NCBI RefSeq assembly: GCF_000143415.4 | Contig: NW_003314270.1 | Location: 915,035-979,034, forward strand | Direction: 5' to 3' | Length of the DNA: 64,000 nucleotides | DNA from: Selaginella moellendorffii | Lineage: Eukaryota; Plantae; Lycopodiophyta | Shown here: in pieces, positions 38,500-50,135 of the stretch | How the letters are laid out: every line of letters begins with the position of its first letter | Numbering within the stretch: the first letter of the stretch is position 1 | Notes under the pieces: generated by a model | Told to the model about the DNA's origin: nothing | Seen by the model: the letters and a program-made list of their open reading frames with translations, nothing else | The model's database searches: none | Made by a program: the position numbers and the translations under genes

Positions 38500-41320
38500 A
38501 AACGCTCACACAAATGGTACTCCGAACAGACTTTCTGATGCACATCCTCCAGGAGGGTGGAATCAATACACCAAGGCTGCAGATATGTTTTTTCGAAAAG
38601 TCATGAGGACGAGATAGCCCTACTTCCGCAAACAGATGGATTGTAGAGGACGTCCGCCAACTCTACAAGTGCAATGGATCCAAGATCATGCCCGCGAAAG
38701 AGAGATATCGATGCTGAACTCCTATAAATGCAAATTAAACGTCTCATTAATGATTTGCTGCCACTGACAGCTCGATCCTAGAAACACGTCCATAATCTTA
38801 AGCACTCTCTACTATGATTGACATTGATAGCAAGGGTTCCATTTGCCTGTGTATTTTTTCATGGGAATTGACTTCTTTATCTACACTAGACATATCCTCA
38901 ACCCTCATATACGTTCTCCAAAGGTTCGACTCCGCCCTCCAGAGGTTTACCTTCCGCATCCACGTAGCAACGACGGTCGAAATCATATATAGTTATATCG
39001 TACTTGGGACCCCTCAAAGGCGCTCCACGGCTGCATGCAAGTGTCATTTAGCCATAAAAGTCCAAACACCCAAAAAGAAAAAACAAAGAGGAACTTGGAG
39101 AGCCTCCTTGAGTGCTACCGCTGATTCCCAACGCTCTTTTGGGAGGTCACAGTTTTTTGGGTCATTGTCTGACCCATGGATCCAATCAACAAACTTGCCC
39201 TTTCCAAGGCTTACCGACACATAGTTCGTCCTGTGTGCATTGGACCAAACTTGTAAGCTCGGACATACGATCAAACCACAAACCTTTTCAGCTCTTCAAC
39301 TCGTTGTCGCATTGAACTTTGAGCGTCCGGGTTGAATTTCATCACTGATTCGAGCATCATAAAAAAATATGTCACGTAGAGGAGGCATGAAGAAGACACT
39401 TACTCGGAACAGCTCTCCTTTTTTTCAGAAACTCCTCTCTCAGTGAAGCAGCCACCGCGGCATCATCCAGAAAGGAGGGAATGAGCGACCGCAGCCGGCT
39501 GAGTGGCATGTCATGGATTTTGGCGTATATCTTACCCTTCTCATCCGCCGCCAGAGGTAATCTTCCAAACCGCTCGCATCTCCGCCGTCATGCATTAGCG
39601 AGAAAAAAACAATGGCCTCTGATTAATCTAGTTTGCTCTTCATTTCCACATTTGCATCTGTTATGTATATCCCTCATATTCTTCAGCTCTTCAGTGGAAA
39701 AGGTTATCAAAGAAAACTAAAATCTTTTAAAGGTTGATCAGTGAATCATACCTCCACTTGTTGATCAACCACTAATGTTGCACCAGATGACAATGTAACC
39801 ATTGCCTGGCCTGTAGTGACGGTTTATGTATCCTGCCAAAACCAGAAATAGAAATAGTTGAATCAAACAATAAGCAAGCAAGTATGGCTCATTTTATTTT
39901 ATTTCTTTGATCCAATCATGATAACTATCTCACTTGCAGATTGTTTAGCCACTTTTTCTTCACTACTGTACATAGAGATTTCAAGTAGTGTATTTGAAAT
40001 GGTACAAGCACAGATAAAAGTGGCAATATCCACTGTCAAGGACAAGACACAATAAAGCTAGAGACAAGCCCAAGTGTTGAAGAAGATGATGTTCTCATCC
40101 TCTCTGATATTAGGATTGACAATACAGACAATATAAAAAACAATTATGGTTTATAGTGGCATCTCTCCTTTCAAGTAATGGAAAAAGAATTTACCAATTA
40201 GTCTTGCCATTACTTTAAAAATAACTACATCTATGCGAACTCACTCTCTTCGGCCAAAGCGGCCGCCTCCATCCCAACATGTTGATCTATGTCCGCAATA
40301 TCGTCAACCTGACATGAGAAGGTTAGTTTCTGACGTTTCAAGACACTATACCTTGTCAACGCCTGGGAACTTTAAGCCCAATCGCGCTGCTTGCTCCGGG
40401 GTCGAGGCGGAGTAAACCGCAGCCCATTTTTTTGACTCGAACAAGCTAACTGCGCTCAAGTTTGGCTGGAATGCACTATCAAATGCTTCCCATCCAGTGG
40501 AGCCCTTCACAGTATCGACGTCGTTCACTTTTCTTTCCAGAAAACCGCTTGCACCTTCCTCTACAAGTTTGCCTCGGCGCCTAGTATCTCACAGGTTAGA
40601 TCAGCTCCATATGCGTAAAAACGAACCTTATAACCGGCCGCAGAGCATCCAAATCTTTCTCAGCAGAATGAAGCACTTCCGCAAAATCTTCAGGTGCCTG
40701 AGTACCAGCCCAGTGAGCCCGGTTTCTCCAAGTGTCCGTCATACACCCTTCAGCAGCCTGCTTTTCAATAGCTTTGAATAAATCCGGTAGAGACACACCG
40801 GCATCTTCAAGGCGGTCATGGAGAAGACGGTTCAGTATCACAATAGCACAAATAGCTCTCTAATCAACCTGAAGCTTTGCACTCTCCTCTTCAAGCTCCA
40901 AAAGCGTTTTTTTCCATATGGAAACGTAGTCCGCCATTTCACAATCTCCAGCTACCAACAAAATGGTGTCCATGAGCTTTTTTCCTTGCATGCAAATTTC
41001 TTACTTCTTGTCCAGAGAGTGTTTCAGACAACTCCAGCCTGACTTCCTCCTCCACTTTCTTTACACTTTCGTCTTCCAAATGTTCTTGAGCGTCAGCGGA
41101 CTGATAACATCACAGATAAGCCAGCTATTGGATGACAAAAAAAAAGGATACAAACCTCACTTTCAATTTCCACCAGCCAATCGATCATCCTTGTGACTTC
41201 CTCGTCAGACTTTGAGCCCTGAACATCAAACATAAGTATCATTGATGAACGATAAGAAACACTAGATCACTGGAACTCTCGGACATGTATCCATCGCCAT
41301 CGTACTCGTCCTCCGAGCTG
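38500..41320 (-). pseudogene. One or two degraded, unidentified coding-like sequences
   Basis: Gene-like GC content, splice-like signals and short ORFs (39044-39274, 40346-40528, 40596-40841) broken by stops. No family recognised. Confidence 0.35.
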
Positions 41321-42237
41321 TTTTTTCAAACTCCGCCATCTCCTTCCTCCTTACTAGTAAAAACTCAATCACGAAACAATACAAAAACCTCAACTACAAA
41401 AACCGCTTAAACCTCAAGAACCCTAATTTATGTATTGATCTTGGGCCCTAAAAATTCCGGCAAAACGGAGCATCTCGAGCAATTCCACGCGACGACCGAG
41501 CTCCCAACCTTTGTTCTGGACATGCGGATGGATCTCGATTGGCATGGAACGCTGGAGTCGAGATCTCTTCTCCGCCAGCACCTCTAGTCCTTCCGCTTAG
41601 TGACGAAGAGTGGGCCAAGTTTGCAGTTGTATTAAGTGGATAAACATGACAACATCGGTGGGCATCCCTGGTTTTTCTTGGATTGGAAGTCACTAAGAAA
41701 CTCCAGTCTTTCTCGAGCTCACAGGCTGGGAGCTCCAGTCTTTCCTTGAGCTCACAGAGATCTTTGTTTTCTTCAGCTGGGATGGGCGAGAAGTGTAAAA
41801 GAGTGATAGAGCTCTTGGTAACCTTCTGCTTGAGTATCATCCAAACCTTTATCATAAACAACATGCTCTAATTATCTATGGACCTAGCTCTAATTAAAAT
41901 TATAATCTGATATTTTAATACTGAACATTCTTATTGATTTTTTTTTTACCAAGTGCATAAATGGAAGGCACCATAAACTTGATTGTTAGGTTCAACCAGT
42001 GAAATGGACAGTTGTTTGTAGCAAATTGTCTAGGTAATGAGGACGAGTTATTTCTCTACAATACTTTCCAGTTCATAAACGTTTCTCGTTTAGGTATCAA
42101 GATTTATTAATTAGATATTATTTTGAAGATTGGTGAAAAATTATAGACATGGCCCATCCACCCTCTTTCCTTAAGGAAAATCTAAAGAGCTTGGTTGAGC
42201 TACCTGCACTTCCGTGTTGGAATTTCACATTTGCCAG

Positions 42238-42245
42238 TATAAAAG
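42238..42245 (+). promoter_or_regulatory. TATA box of the CVNH gene
   Basis: TATAAAAG starts 56 nt upstream of the ATG at 42294. Confidence 0.6.
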
Positions 42246-42293
42246 TCCAACAGTGGGATCACAACCCACAATCTCTACAACTCGCATTCTATC

Positions 42294-42772
42294 ATGTCTT
42301 CGCAGTTTATTATCTGCTTAGTCTTTGCTCTTGTAGCGCTTGCAGGGACAAGCAACGCTGTAAGCTATTAGTTTTTTTTTAAATGCCCACACTAGAACTA
42401 TACCTAATCAGACTCAATCTGGTTTTGATGCAGGCATGCAACTTTGAGGATAGCTGTGACAAGAACTCGGAGGTTATAAGCGGCACAACACTGACTGCCA
42501 ATTGTTACAAGCCCAATGGCCAGCTCCAAAGGAGCAGCATCAACCTTAACGATTGCTTCAGCAACAATGGAGGAACCCTCAACTGTGGCAGAAACTTTAG
42601 TGCCTCGTGCCAGAATGTAGTGATCACCCCGTGGTACCATCCTCCAGCTCCAAGTGCTGCTTCCATCAATGCGCAGTGCTATGGCAATGGCCAGTATCGT
42701 TATACCTCAGTACTGATTAACAAGTGTGTGCAGAACAACAATGGATTCCTCCAGTGTTGTAGCAGCAAGTGA
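42294..42772 (+). CDS. Secreted cyanovirin-N homologue (CVNH lectin), 2 exons
   Basis: Exon 1 (42294-42359) is a signal peptide, MSSQFIICLVFALVALAGTSNA. GT-AG intron 42360-42433. Exon 2 has two pseudo-repeats, NFEDSC..GTTLTANC..NG....SSINLNDCFSNNGGTL and NFSASC....INAQC..GNG....TSVLINKCVQNNNGFL. Confidence 0.9.
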
Positions 42773-42835
42773 GTGAAGTTTTTCATGATAAAGTAGATGT
42801 TACCTTAATATCAAATAAATTTCATGATTCTTTTG

Positions 42836-44235
42836 ATTTTAGGGTTCTTGCACTTAACATTGAGGCACTGCTCTTTCTTCGCGGATGCCACAACGATTTG
42901 GCTCGGGGCACTGCAAGAGCTTTTGCACACTTTTCTTCCGTGTCACAAACGTGCTCAATCTTGCTTTTCGCAAAGTAGCGATTTACCACCTTGTTGTTCC
43001 TTCACCACCATTCTAACAACGATGCCGATCATCACAGCATTAGCTCGCAGCAGTCCCCTGGATCTTCTTCGAGAAAGAACTCCTGATTTTCAGCACTAAC
43101 AAGAGAACCAAGCAAAGTTCACGAATCTTCGAGCTATAGCCTCGGGCGCCTCCTCCACTGACCAGCTCTTGGAATCGACTCCAAAGTGCACAATCCGTGA
43201 GTTATCCCTGTCAAGCAGCCATATACTGTTGCTCCCATCAGTGCAAACAGTGCACACCTCCAAATCATCAAACTCCTCATCACGGCTCGAAACAATCTCC
43301 CACTTCTCTCCCCGCCTCTCTACGACAACCAGCCCCTCGTGATCTTCCGCCTGCAACTCATTACTAACCACGAACAGCCGATCCCGATCCAGCTGAAGAA
43401 GGGACCAGCTCCGTTCGAACATCAACTCGTCGGAATCAAGCTTGAAAATGCGCCAGGAATCATTCCACAAGTTGTATCTCACTAAGGCATCCGTGCCAAG
43501 CATCACCACCTCCCCGTGATCCAGCATCGGATAGAATTCATTCCCTAAGTCTGAGTAGTGTTTGTTCTCGCGCAAGGACCACTCGCCCGAGGCCGAGTCG
43601 TAGATGTAGAAGGCGCCCCATGGCCCCAAGCTAGCGACGCAAAACTCTCGCGTCGATCGATCCCTCTCGCGGCGGTACACCGTCAAGTGCATGTCTCCGG
43701 TATCTGGCGGCAACGGAACTCTCACCGGGGAGGAGTTGAGATCGCTGTAGCGCCACACGAAGATGGAGGGTAGCGCCAACCAGTCCCAAAACGTGGCCAG
43801 GCACAGCAAGCCCGCGTCGCTGCTGGCGATGGTCATGTCGTCGGGGAGCGTCTGGAAGTGGCGCCACTCGCTGCGAGGGGAGCTGTCGAGCGGCTTGACG
43901 AGGAGGGATCCAGAGAGACGAAGGAAGAGGTGAGGGATGCAGCGGTGGGAGAGAGCGTAGCCTTTGCGGAAGCTGGGATCGTCAATTGCTCGTCGCCATT
44001 CGCGGCACACGCACCTGGCCTGGCACAGATCGATCGCGGACAGCCTGAGGAAGACGAGCTCCAGCTCTGTCACGACTTCGCCGCTGGCGATCGCTCCTCT
44101 TTGCCGCATTGTGTGTGTGCCCTAGAACGAGTGTCTCGATTTTAGGGCTTTGCAATTTTAGGGTTCTTGCATCTTAACATTGAGGGCGCCGCTCTTTCTT
44201 TGCGGCTCGCTTATACGCGGATGCCACAACGATTT
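42836..44235. repeat. Pair of imperfect direct repeats (42836-42899 and 44155-44235) bracketing an F-box gene
   Basis: Both copies read ttttagggttcttgca..ttaacattgagg..gctctttctt..cgcggatgccacaacgattt. Confidence 0.85.
43096..44109 (-). CDS. F-box protein, intronless, 337 aa
   Basis: ELELVFLRLSAIDLCQARCVCREWRRAIDDPSF, then SSDAGLLC and YDS..GEW. Confidence 0.88.
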   Translation of the reverse strand: MRQRGAIASGEVVTELELVFLRLSAIDLCQARCVCREWRRAIDDPSFRKGYALSHRCIPHLFLRLSGSLLVKPLDSSPRSEWRHFQTLPDDMTIASSDAGLLCLATFWDWLALPSIFVWRYSDLNSSPVRVPLPPDTGDMHLTVYRRERDRSTREFCVASLGPWGAFYIYDSASGEWSLRENKHYSDLGNEFYPMLDHGEVVMLGTDALVRYNLWNDSWRIFKLDSDELMFERSWSLLQLDRDRLFVVSNELQAEDHEGLVVVERRGEKWEIVSSRDEEFDDLEVCTVCTDGSNSIWLLDRDNSRIVHFGVDSKSWSVEEAPEAIARRFVNFAWFSC

Positions 44236-44835
44236 CTCGCGGCTTCCATGGCACGGGTCAGCGATTCGTTGTTCGCTGCCTTGTTCGACTGATGGACGCC
44301 ACAGCGCCTTCTTCTCTCTCTCTCTCTTTTTTCTCGCGCATTTAGTACTGGGGCACTGCGAAGATTCTATCGCGTGTGCTTTGCCCGTTCAGCTAATGCT
44401 ACATTGCTAATCTCCTTTCGCAATGTCCTGGAATTTCTTTCATCTCTTCTTCTCTGGACAAAGATCTCATCTCATGTAGGAGAGAATTCTTCATTCTTCT
44501 CGCTTTTTCGTGCATCTTTTCTGGGGCTACACGCGATTAATTTCCAGTGCGTGTCGCTCATTCACACAATGCACAGATTAAACCTTGTCGATCTCTCCTG
44601 TGGCTTTCTGAGAGATTCACGCGATGAATCTTCTCATGCAGTTGGCAGGAGAACAAAAAACCATCCTTCCTTTGATTTCGATGACACACCAAGGATCATC
44701 GTTTAGGACTCTTTGTTTGCAAAAAAAGTATAGCAATGGTACATCTGTACAGTGCGTTTCTCTAGAGAAAACTCGCGCAAAAACCCCCAGAGAGAATGAG
44801 AAAAGATGTAAAACCAGACCTTTTTTTTCTCACTG

Positions 44836-45910
44836 TCACTTGATCCGCTTGATCTTCTTTAGTACGTCCTTGACGTTGGGGCCTTTGTCCCACGAAGCAA
44901 ACTGGCCCGCGACCTTCTTCAGTAGCACTCCAGCGTTAAAAATCGCGGTGGAGTCTCTCAGGTTACTCGGCTGTGGCAATCCAAACACCACCCGGTTCAC
45001 GTCTTCGTCGACTTGCAGGCCGTAGACTTCGCTAAAAATCTGCAAAGCAAGAACAACTTGTAAGCTCTTACTGCTACCAGAAACGAGAGTCTAGCGAGCT
45101 TACTTCACACATTCTCTGGTCTGCTTGTATGTGAGGCTCACGAGCCCGCGAAACAACGTTTATGACGAGTATTCTTTCAGGTTCCAGAGCAGCTTTCGCA
45201 CTGCGGAGGAATGTTTCGAGAACGAATTCCTCTGGAGGGCAGCTTAGCCCATTACTGCAACGGAGTTATCTGATCACTTCAACAAATATCAACAGAAAAG
45301 ACAGAAGCGCACCTTGGATCGGAGGAATCAGCGTCAATGAGTAGTATGTGCAATTTATGTCTAGTGTTCTCGCTGTTAGCTTGTTCTTCCATCTGAAATA
45401 AGAAATATTTGAGAGTTTCTTCTTTCAAGTTTGATCTTTCAACTCATACCTCTGGTTTTGCTATAGCATCGACAGCGGCTAATCCATCTCCAAGTCTCAG
45501 CTGTAAGAGAATATATTGGTTAAGAAGAAAAAGAAAATTGGGGACTCTCATGCCTGCATGCGATCGTCTTCCACAAATCCAAAGTGACGCTTTGCCAAAG
45601 CAGCAACAACCGGATCCAGCTCCACTACCTTAAACAAGCAAAAAACTTTTGTCATGTAACGAAAAACAAAGAGAACACTTTACCTCAATGCTGTTGAAGG
45701 GAAAATGCTTGTACAGAAACACTGGAAGCAATCCAGCACCAAGCCCAGCGATCATCACACGAATCTGCAGAAAATAGCAGAAAATAGCAAACACTTTGAT
45801 TGCCATGCCTGTTCTTTGGAAGATACGCATGACTCAATCTTAGTAGCGATCAAAGATAGGCCTGCCACCATACGGACTGACCAAGTAACTTTCCAGCAGT
45901 CGAAAGTCTT
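44836..45910 (-). pseudogene. C-terminal spermidine-synthase-like domain of an eEF1A methyltransferase (METTL13/eEF1A-KNMT-like), 5'-truncated
   Basis: Spliced exons read IAGLGAGLLPVFL, VVELDPVV..LAKRHFGF, GDGL, ILLIDADSSDP, LSCPP..F, LVINVVSR and VDEDVNRVVF. No N-terminal methyltransferase domain upstream. Frameshift near 45870. Confidence 0.8.
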
Positions 45911-46315
45911 CCTTGTTACGAAAGATCGCTTGAGGACCCAGAAACCCAGGCCGCACAAAGTCAACCATCTGCAAGATCAATTAATCCACATAATGACACC
46001 AGCATCGAATACTTACACAATAGTACTCCATCAGATTGTTTTGTAGAGGAGATCCTGTCATGGCTATTCGGCGGCCAGATTTCACTCGCTGGAGTGCTAT
46101 GGTAATGTCCGCCTTGTCATTTTTAATGGCGTGACCCTCGTCACAAACAACTATGTCAGCGCCAGGATCCTAGATAATACGTCATGGTCACCATTGCATA
46201 GAGAATCTCTTGTTTCCTTGTCCTTCCCGTCGAAAGATTCCGAAATGCTGCATAGCCAATAAGCATGACACCTCCATCCAGGATTTCAGAAGGCTCGCTC
46301 TAGTTGCATTATCCC
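45911..46315 (-). pseudogene. SNF2-family ATPase (ATRX/CHR20-like) fragment, three exon pieces
   Basis: GGVMLIGYAAFRNLS. Exon 46169-46017 reads DPGADIVVCDEGHAIKN..ALQRVKSGRRIAMTGSPLQNNLMEYYC. The next exon, from 45968, reads MVDFVRPGFLG...FRN. Covers motifs II-III only and has a frameshift. Confidence 0.88.
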
Positions 46316-47316
46316 TGCATAGAGTAACAGCGTTAACAGTTGTATGAGGATGACGAAGGCTCTTTGAAACCAAAGGAAGAAGGAGAGTTACTAAGATTTC
46401 CAAACCAGTTCCAATATGGTTCCTAAGTAGATTTTTTGGGTGAAAGGCCTTTATACTCTATATGTTTTGTTTGATTAGATCTTTCCTTTGGTTTGCCCAC
46501 AATACTCGACTCTCTTCTGTTAAAGACTTGTGGTCTCCATGGCATCATGAAAGCAATTGCAGAGAATAGATGTATTGCAGCGGAAACAACCGCTTTAACA
46601 ACAAGCTCCAATGTGCTTGCTTCAAACACCACCATAGCATGAAAAGGTACTAGATATGCTTACCAAGTTTGGGTATTGCACAAGCAAGTACCATAAAGAA
46701 GATAGTGTCAAACAAAGCCCACAAGTCTCTTTTGTGATCTTAACTTATTCGAAACTTCAAATAAAGAAACATCTATCATGTCCCCATTCAATCTCTACAC
46801 TACTCTCACTATCCTAGAAGCTACTATCCCCAATGCTGCCAGTACAATTGCTGGAATTGGTGCAGCAATTTGTACCTTAAAATGGTGGTGAATATAACCA
46901 TTCATAATTTGGCCACCATTGGACAATTAAGTATAACCATTTGGCCATTCAAGAGGCCAAATTAAAACCCCTCTACATCATAAGAACGTAAGAAAAAATA
47001 ACAATCACGGGGTGTGGGGAATAAACTAATTTACTGGCCATTTGGGGATGAGCATCCCAAGTGCATACCACTCTTAATGAAGATTTGAGTGTGCAAGCTA
47101 AATTGAATTCTCAATTGTAGTTTAATGCAGACATTAAAATTTTTTTAAAAATTAAAGTTCACCTAATTTTATATTATAAAAACCTAAATATCATAATATA
47201 TAAAAGTATAATATTTATAATATCTAGTTATATTGTTTTTATCTCATGTTTTTATATTTTTTCTATTTAGTTTTGTGAGTGCATGGAATGTCTCAATATA
47301 ACTATTTTAAAATAAT

Positions 47317-48150
47317 TTGAAGAAAATATATATTACAATAATGATTTCTTTTGCATCATTGTTCCTATTCATTTTACATACTCACTGTGTTATTAAGTAT
47401 TATGAAAGACTACAAGCTCTTTCTGTTCCATATAGACATAATATTATCTTACCTATAATCTATAACTTATTGAAGATGCTAGTAACAAGGAAAATTTATA
47501 TGCTGGATTTTCATTATCTTATATAAAATTTGAGAAAATTAAAAATTTAATTGTAACTATAAGTGCTCTAGATGAACAATTTTAATACAAATATGATTTA
47601 CTAGCTTGTGATTTTATTGCTAATTTATCAAATATTGTTAAAGGAATCTATTTACAGAGCCAGTTTAAAAAAAAAATTCAAGATTAATTTTTTAATGATT
47701 TTGTTACTTATGGTGCAGCAGAGAATATAGTTGAAAGATATTCAATCTCTTATACATTAGATGATGATGAATTCTCTAATACAAAAAGCAAATATAAAAC
47801 TAGTTGTCAAACTGAAAATTTTAAGGATTTTAATATTTATATGGTATGTGTAAAAAGCGGACCAAATTTTTCAAGGTTTTCAAATTTAAAATATGAGGCT
47901 TTTCTGCAATCTTCAAATCACTTCTATATTTTGTATATGCAAATTGATTGTAATTTAATATTATACAAATGGCTATTTGTACAAAAAACTAGTAATATGA
48001 CAAAAAATATGGCAATCTTGTAATTTATGATAAGAATAACAGTGTGATTTGGTCTTATAATTTATATTGGAAAAATAAATGGGCATTATGTGTTGAAAAT
48101 GAAGGTTATCTTGTTGTTTATGATACTATTTTGCAAACATGGAAATCAAA
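47317..48150 (+). pseudogene. Second AT-rich secreted protein/B-lectin relic
   Basis: Signal-like KKIYITIMISFASLFLFILHTHC. C-terminal pieces LYMQIDCNLILY, GNLVIYDKNNSVIWS and EGYLVVYD in shifting frames. Multiple stops and frameshifts. Confidence 0.6.
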
Positions 48151-48540
48151 TTAGAAACTATATATATATAATTATTTTTAATATCCTTCTTTGTAATTCT
48201 AGTAACAGAAAAGGTAAAAGCATTCCTTCTTTAGATAATGGTGATGCCGATCATGTTCAATAGATATAGAAGGTTTTAACTATGGAATATCCATAAACCA
48301 ACTTCAAATATAGTTGCAAAACACTTCGAAATAAAAAGGAGTTTGGTGGCAATTGCAATCTATATAAAACTTCATCTTTGTTTCTTCTCTCTAGTCAGCT
48401 TTGTCTCATTGACTTTGTCCTTTGTCTAGCATCACAGATCTAGGTACGGACTCACTTTATTCATCTTTCATATCTTAATCTCTTATCCTGTCTTCTTTGA
48501 AGGAAAAAGAAATTTAGACTCATTGAGCTTGTCCTTTGTA

Positions 48541-48680
48541 AAGTAAGGCAAACTCTGGTTGTCTAAGTAGCTTTACTCTTGCAAGTTTTTGCACAATCAT
48601 CAGCATCTAAACTAAAAGTAAGACAAACTTTGGTTGTTTACTTTTGAGAGCTTTCGCAAAATCATCAGCATCTAAACTAG
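48541..48680. repeat. Imperfect tandem duplication of about 70 bp
   Basis: Two copies of aagtaag.caaact.tggttgt...atcatcagcatctaaacta. Confidence 0.75.
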
Positions 48681-48988
48681 GGTCTACAGTAACAGTGTGA
48701 AGCATAGATAAGAAAGAGTGCAATGGCAGAGATTGGAACTAAAAGGAAGAAGAAGACAGCTAAGACATTAATAAAGATTTTTGTTGAGGCAACGCATCTT
48801 GCTCATACCCAAACCTAGTTTTTCCATAGCATAGTCTCTTAGGGTAAACTATGGTTCTCCTAAATTCACTATGTTGAATATTTCTTCAGTCTCATGCACT
48901 AAGGTCTCCAGATCTACTGAAATCAGTGCGTTGCAGTATATGATTGACGGCCCGCTTTGCGGAAAGTCAAAAGACTCTGAGTGCCACC

Positions 48989-49141
48989 ATGGCAACAGCA
49001 AATGTAGGGTTTGTGGTGGTGGCATTAATGTTAGGAGTTGTTATCGACTACTCAAGTTCCTGTGCCATGGAGGACCTTGTCATAGACTGGAGAAACAAAA
49101 GCAAAGCTCCTGGACCCCGGTCGACTGACGCCACTACATGA
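48989..49141 (+). CDS. Candidate small secreted peptide precursor (50 aa)
   Basis: GCCACCATGG start context. MATANVGFVVVALMLGVVIDYSSSCA is signal-peptide-like. The tail is WRNKSKAPGPRSTDATT*. Confidence 0.4.
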   Translation: MATANVGFVVVALMLGVVIDYSSSCAMEDLVIDWRNKSKAPGPRSTDATT

Positions 49142-49254
49142 TTCTTCGTGGTTCCCCGCGAGAAAAAGGATAAGTTCTAGAGAAATGAGAAGGCCAAAGA
49201 TATCTTTGTTAATCTTTGATTTATTCTTAAGAAAAGCTCTACTTGACTTGACTA

Positions 49255-49896
49255 TCAAGTAAGGTACTCTATCACGTCAGCCAAATGGGGGAATAACTTC
49301 TTGAGCTCCTCGCTTTCTCCCATGACAAAGTCCTGAAACTCGAAGCCCGGAGCGACGGTACACCCAACCAGCGAGAAATTTTTGTCCGAGTCTCGTGGAG
49401 AAGCCTTGACACACTTGGTGGTGTCGATCAAATCCTTGGTTGGAAAAGCCCCAAACCAGACCATCGGCTGGACAGTGTACTGCAGCTTCTGTCCAGCCGC
49501 GAGATCGGGGCCAATGACTGTTTGCTTCACCTCGCCGTTGTCATGGATCTCAAGAACCTATCAAGGAAAAACTCGCTTTTTTTCTTCAGGAAATAGCGAC
49601 TTACTGTAAGAGGATCTCCGGCATAAAAATGCCACACTTCGCTAGAAGGGATGCGATGCAATTTGGAGACCGAGCCGGATGGAAGCAAGAAGTAGATGGC
49701 TGTGCTCACGGGCCTGTCCACCTTGACTGCAAGACAGTCCTGTGAGAGATGGAAAAAGAAAGAACTACTCACATTGCGAGGGGAGGGTTTCCTTGCGAAG
49801 TATCACTGAGTCGTCGCGGAAGCTCTCGTAGAAGAAGCCACCTTCGGGATGTGGCGTCAGAGAAAGCAATTCTCGCAGTTCCTTCACGGTCGACAT
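49255..49896 (-). CDS. Cupin_5 (DUF985) protein, 3 exons
   Basis: LSLTPHPEGGFFYESFRD, STAIYFLL, LHRI..SEVWHFYAGDPL and FSLVGCTVAPGFEFQDF. Confidence 0.94.
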
Positions 49897-50135
49897 CTTC
49901 TGGATCTGTGCTTGTAGGGCTTGACTGAACTGGCAAAAAACAGTATAAAGTCGAGCCCCGAGTTGTGAAACTTTACCTCCTTTCAGTTGGTGAACTTCTC
50001 GGCGGAGTTGCGCCTGAAAGAATGGATTCTTCCTGCCTGTCATCTCCAACTTTCTTTCCTCGGAGTATCGCCGTGTCTATCATCAAGACTGTCAGCTAGA
50101 CATGACTTGCAATGAACAAATAAAACGGTACCTGA

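Noticed and set aside
46423-46700. Possible kinase catalytic-loop relic (LQYIYS..HGDHKS)
   Set aside because: Too short and degenerate, with no other kinase motifs.
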